64,000 nt of DNA. Source: Chitinophagaceae bacterium. Its GTDB lineage: Bacteria; Bacteroidota; Bacteroidia; Cytophagales; JASGCU01. The stretch lies in assembly GCA_030053935.1 (NCBI GenBank), contig JASGCU010000002.1:9107-73106 (forward strand). Direction: 5' to 3'. Below the pieces are notes generated by a model. It was not told the origin of the DNA and searched no databases. It saw only the letters and a program-made list of their open reading frames with translations. The first letter of the stretch is position 1. Each line of letters opens with the position of its first letter. A program made the translations under genes and the position numbers. Of this stretch, positions 60,019 to 64,000 are shown piece after piece.

Positions 60019-61833
60019 ATGAAAAAAAAAATATTAGTATTATTGATACTATTGTTATCATTCAAAAATATATACCCACAAGATTATAAAAAAATACAAT
60101 TAGCAGAGGAATATCACAAAAAAGACGATTTTAAAAAAGCAATAGATATTTATAAAGAACTCGCTATAAATGACAAAAATATTCCATTTATTCATGAAAA
60201 TTATATGGATATAATGATACAAAAAGCACTTTATAAAGATGCCATTCAGTATATTCAAAAACAGATAAAAAAAAATCCCATTTTATATAACTATAGAGTA
60301 GAAGAAATTACTATATATATAAAACAAGAGAACGATAACAAAGCAAATATCAAATTTGAAGAACTTATAGAAAAAGTGAAAAATGATGAGAATACAGTAA
60401 AAACAGTCGGAAAATATTTAATAAACAAAGGATTGAGAGAATATGCCGAAAAATTGTATCTCACTGCAAGAGAAGCAAGTAAAAAAAAAGATTCCTATTC
60501 TTTGGAACTAGCAAATATATGGAGCATACTAAAAAAAATAGAACCCATGCTTAACGAATACATATTTTTTTTAGAACAATACCCCGAACAAATAGAATAT
60601 GTAGAAAATAATTTACAAAATATGCTTACCGAAGAAGAACACAGACAACAATTTCAAATGCTTTTGTTAGAAAGAATACAAAAAAATCCACAAATAAAAG
60701 TGTTTTCAGAACTACTTATATGGCTTTATATTCAAGAAAAAAAATACGAAGACGCTTTTATTCAAGTAAAATCATTAGACAGGAGAGAAAAAAACGGAGG
60801 AACTCGTGCTTTTCATATAGCACAAATAACATTTGAAAATAAAAAATATCAAGAAACTATTCACATAGCAGAATGGATATGTAATAATTTTAAAAATGGA
60901 GTACACTCTATACCCGCAAAACATCTTATTATAAAAAGCAAAGAACTTTTAGTAAAAGAAAAATACCCCATTTCAAAAGATAGTATTACAATGGTTATAC
61001 AAGAATATGATTCTTTGTTAAAAGAAGTGAAAAATATTGCATTGACTCATGAAATAAAAAGAGAAAAAGCATTACTCTACGCTTTTTACTTAGATGAATT
61101 GTTAACAGCAAAAAAAATAATAGAAGATATCATCCAAAATGGAAATAGAGACAAAAAAAATTACGCATACTGTAAAATGGATTTAGGGGATATATTCATA
61201 TTATTGAACGAACCATGGGAAGCATCGCTTTTATATTCACAGGTAGAAAAAGAAAATAAAGAAACACCCATAGGATACGAAGCAAAACTCAAAAATGCAA
61301 AACTCCACTATTACCAAGGGAATTTTGAATTAGCAGAAGCACACCTCAATATATTAAAAGCAGCTACAAGCAGAGAAATATCAAATGATGCTCTTTTTTT
61401 AGCATCTATGATACATAATAATACTGTTTCAGATACATCTGAAAAACCAGTAAAAAAATTTGCAGAGATAGAACTTTTATTATTTCAAAATAAAAAAAAA
61501 CAAGCAAAAGAAAAATTAGAATTATTGCTCAAAGAATACCCATATCATGAAATAAGAGATGAAGTATGGTTTCAACTCGCTAAGATAGAAATAGAATTTC
61601 AAAATTATATGAAAGCCATAGAATATTATGACCTTATAATAGAAAATTTTGCGGATGATATTTTATCTGACGATGCACTTTTTTTGAAATCAAAAATATT
61701 AGAAGAATACATACAAGACCAAGAGAATGCTAAAAAATATTATACAGAATTAATACACAAATATCCAGGAAGTATGTATGTAACGGAGGCAAGGAAACGT
61801 TATAGAATACTACGAGGTGATATACAAAAATAA
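60019..61833 (+). CDS. secreted TPR-repeat protein
   Basis: 604 aa with a signal peptide (MKKKILVLLILLLSFKNIYPQ). TPR-like helical repeats throughout; the C-terminal YbgF-like unit ends ...YPGSMYVTEARKRY. Confidence 0.7.
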   Translation: MKKKILVLLILLLSFKNIYPQDYKKIQLAEEYHKKDDFKKAIDIYKELAINDKNIPFIHENYMDIMIQKALYKDAIQYIQKQIKKNPILYNYRVEEITIYIKQENDNKANIKFEELIEKVKNDENTVKTVGKYLINKGLREYAEKLYLTAREASKKKDSYSLELANIWSILKKIEPMLNEYIFFLEQYPEQIEYVENNLQNMLTEEEHRQQFQMLLLERIQKNPQIKVFSELLIWLYIQEKKYEDAFIQVKSLDRREKNGGTRAFHIAQITFENKKYQETIHIAEWICNNFKNGVHSIPAKHLIIKSKELLVKEKYPISKDSITMVIQEYDSLLKEVKNIALTHEIKREKALLYAFYLDELLTAKKIIEDIIQNGNRDKKNYAYCKMDLGDIFILLNEPWEASLLYSQVEKENKETPIGYEAKLKNAKLHYYQGNFELAEAHLNILKAATSREISNDALFLASMIHNNTVSDTSEKPVKKFAEIELLLFQNKKKQAKEKLELLLKEYPYHEIRDEVWFQLAKIEIEFQNYMKAIEYYDLIIENFADDILSDDALFLKSKILEEYIQDQENAKKYYTELIHKYPGSMYVTEARKRYRILRGDIQK

Positions 61834-61835
61834 AA

Positions 61836-64000
61836 ATGGATTACTTAGAAGAATTAAATGAAAAGCAGAGAGAAGGGGTTTTAGAAACAGAAGGACCTAC
61901 TATAATAATAGCAGGAGCAGGTTCAGGAAAAACAAAAGTATTAACAACTCGTATAGCATATCTTATTAAAGAAAAGGGAGTAGATGCTTTTTCTATAATG
62001 GCACTTACATTTACCAATAAAGCAGCAAAAGAAATGAAAAAACGCATAGAAACTATATGTGGAACAGAAGCATATAATATATGGATGGGAACTTTTCATT
62101 CACTTTTTGCAAAAATTTTGAGAATAGAATCTGAAAAAATTGGATACCCCCGTAATTTTACCATTTACGATACCGAAGATTCAAAAACACTCATCAAAAA
62201 TATACTGAAAGAACAAAATTTAGATGATAAGGTCTATAAACCCAATAGTGTATATTCCCGTATTTCACATTCTAAAAATAATCTCATAGATTGGAAAACA
62301 TATCAAAACGACGCATACTCCACTGAAAACGATGCAAAATTTGGAAAACCGATGATGGGAAAACTCTACCAAATGTATTGCGAAAGATGTTTTAAAGCAC
62401 AGGCAATGGACTTTGATGACTTGCTTTTCAATACCTATATTTTATTCAGAGATTATCCAAACACATTAGAAAAATACCAAAATAAATTTAAATACGTATT
62501 GGTAGATGAATTTCAAGATACAAATATGTGCCAATACCTCATAATAAGATTATTAGTAGATATATATAAAAATATATGCGTAGTAGGAGATGACGCACAG
62601 AGTATATATTCTTTTAGAGGAGCTACTATTGAAAATATTTTAAACTTCAATAAAGATTTTCCCAACACAAAAATTATAAAATTAGAACAAAATTATAGAT
62701 CTACTCAAAACATAGTAAATATAGCCAACTCTATTATAAAGAAAAATATACACCAAATACACAAAGAAGTATGGACAGAAAATGAACGCGGAGCATCCAT
62801 AGAACTTATAAAAGCAATGACAGAAACAGAAGAAGGAAGGTTAATAGCCAGTAGTGTTTTTGAAACTAAAATGAATAATCAATATCAAAATAAAGAAATT
62901 GCTATATTGTACAGAACACATTCTCAATCCCGTGTAATAGAAGAATCTCTCCGAAAAATAAATATAAAATATAAAGTGATAGGGGGTATATCTTTTTACC
63001 AACGAAAAGAAATCAAAGATTTATTAGCATATTTTAGATTTACCTTGAATACAAATGATGAACAGGCAATGCGAAGGATTATTAACTTCCCAAAGAGAGG
63101 GATAGGGGATACTACCATAGATAAAATAATAGTATCCGCAGACGAACAAGGGCTGAATATATGGAATGTAATGGAAGAAAATATTCACAATGTATTGAGT
63201 AAAAGAAATGCAGAAACTATAAGCCATTTTGTAACCCTTATAAAAACATTTCAAATAAAAGAAAAAGAATTAGATGCATATGAACTCGCTCATTATATAG
63301 CAAAACATTCCGGTATTTTTAGAGAATTGTATGATGATAAGACCCCCGAAGGTATTGCAAGAGCAGAAAATATACAAGAATTACTCAACGGTATAAAAGA
63401 ATTTGTAGAAAATAATGAAAGTATAGATAAAAGCCTCTCCTCTTTTTTACAAGAAATATCTTTATTAACTGACACCGATATGAAAAACGAAAAAAACGAT
63501 GATTATGTATCCCTTATGACCGTTCACAGTGCAAAAGGTTTAGAGTTTAAAGCAGTGTATGTGGTAGGCTTAGAAGAGGAACTCTTTCCATCGGCTCTTT
63601 CTATGGGGAAAAAAGAAGAAATAGAAGAAGAAAGAAGATTATTTTATGTAGCACTTACACGAGCAGAAAAATATCTGTATTTAAGCTACGCACAAAGTAG
63701 ATTCTCATTTGGCTATTCAAAACATTCCGAACCCAGTAGATTCTTAAAAGAAATAGACCAACAATACATAAAAATGTATAAACCACAGTATAGTAATAGA
63801 ACAGAAAATAATATAATAACAGTAGCATCCAGCGTTCAAAATTTTGAAAGAAATAACTTTAATACTCATAATAATAGTAGTATTCTCAATAAAATAAACA
63901 ATGCTCCATCAAAAAATTTTGTTCATAGTGATACATCTAAACTAGAATTGGGTATGAGAGTAGAACATCAAAAATTTGGAATGGGGAAAGTAATAAAAAT
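61836..64000 (+). CDS. uvrD: UvrD/PcrA/Rep-family ATP-dependent DNA helicase, 3' end beyond window
   Basis: Not in the ORF track (no stop in-window). My translation from ATG 61836: MDYLEELNEKQREGVLETEGPTIIIAGAGSGKTKVLTTRIAYL...ALTFTNKAAKEM. Later motifs VDEFQDTN, VGDDAQSIYSFRGA, LEQNYRST, VHSAKGLEF, RRLFYVALTRAE. Confidence 0.92.
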   Translation, partial: MDYLEELNEKQREGVLETEGPTIIIAGAGSGKTKVLTTRIAYLIKEKGVDAFSIMALTFTNKAAKEMKKRIETICGTEAYNIWMGTFHSLFAKILRIESEKIGYPRNFTIYDTEDSKTLIKNILKEQNLDDKVYKPNSVYSRISHSKNNLIDWKTYQNDAYSTENDAKFGKPMMGKLYQMYCERCFKAQAMDFDDLLFNTYILFRDYPNTLEKYQNKFKYVLVDEFQDTNMCQYLIIRLLVDIYKNICVVGDDAQSIYSFRGATIENILNFNKDFPNTKIIKLEQNYRSTQNIVNIANSIIKKNIHQIHKEVWTENERGASIELIKAMTETEEGRLIASSVFETKMNNQYQNKEIAILYRTHSQSRVIEESLRKINIKYKVIGGISFYQRKEIKDLLAYFRFTLNTNDEQAMRRIINFPKRGIGDTTIDKIIVSADEQGLNIWNVMEENIHNVLSKRNAETISHFVTLIKTFQIKEKELDAYELAHYIAKHSGIFRELYDDKTPEGIARAENIQELLNGIKEFVENNESIDKSLSSFLQEISLLTDTDMKNEKNDDYVSLMTVHSAKGLEFKAVYVVGLEEELFPSALSMGKKEEIEEERRLFYVALTRAEKYLYLSYAQSRFSFGYSKHSEPSRFLKEIDQQYIKMYKPQYSNRTENNIITVASSVQNFERNNFNTHNNSSILNKINNAPSKNFVHSDTSKLELGMRVEHQKFGMGKVIK

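Overview
AT-rich (by eye roughly 30% GC) Bacteroidota-type chromosomal window. The backbone is the conserved translation/transcription cluster on the minus strand: tRNA-Gly, tRNA-Thr, tuf, tRNA-Trp, secE, nusG, rplK, rplA, rplJ, rplL, an intrinsic hairpin, rpoB, rpoC, a DUF3467 gene, rpsL, rpsG. An RNase P RNA gene (rnpB) is also present. Housekeeping and accessory genes flank the cluster: ilvB (partial), xth, prc, fabH, rpmF, yceD-like, an ECF sigma factor, ftsE, a POT transporter, a ferredoxin, queE, cca, rfbB, a GT2 glycosyltransferase, chrA, a VIT1 transporter, an orphan nuoN-like gene, ald, and a UvrD/PcrA helicase (partial). The most interesting locus is a tightly packed four-gene minus-strand operon at 47091-56076. 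It encodes (1) a TLC/ATP:ADP-antiporter-like membrane domain fused to HEAT repeats and a cNMP-binding-like domain, (2) a 495-aa protein that reads as three tandem TIR/DUF4062-like modules, (3) an nSTAND-type P-loop NTPase with one TM helix, a coiled coil and WD40 repeats, and (4) an outer-membrane beta-barrel protein. I propose it as a candidate undescribed signalling or conflict system; this is a hypothesis only. Other notable items are a methyltransferase with a frameshifted PD-(D/E)XK restriction-enzyme partner, at least two families of dispersed about 95-115 bp intergenic elements with terminal inverted repeats (MITE/REP-like), and two duplications that each copy a gene start. There are also a 1256-aa membrane-anchored TPR protein and several unusually long AT-rich spacers. 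No CRISPR array, transposase, integrase or rRNA was seen. All domain calls come from reading the translations; no searches were run.
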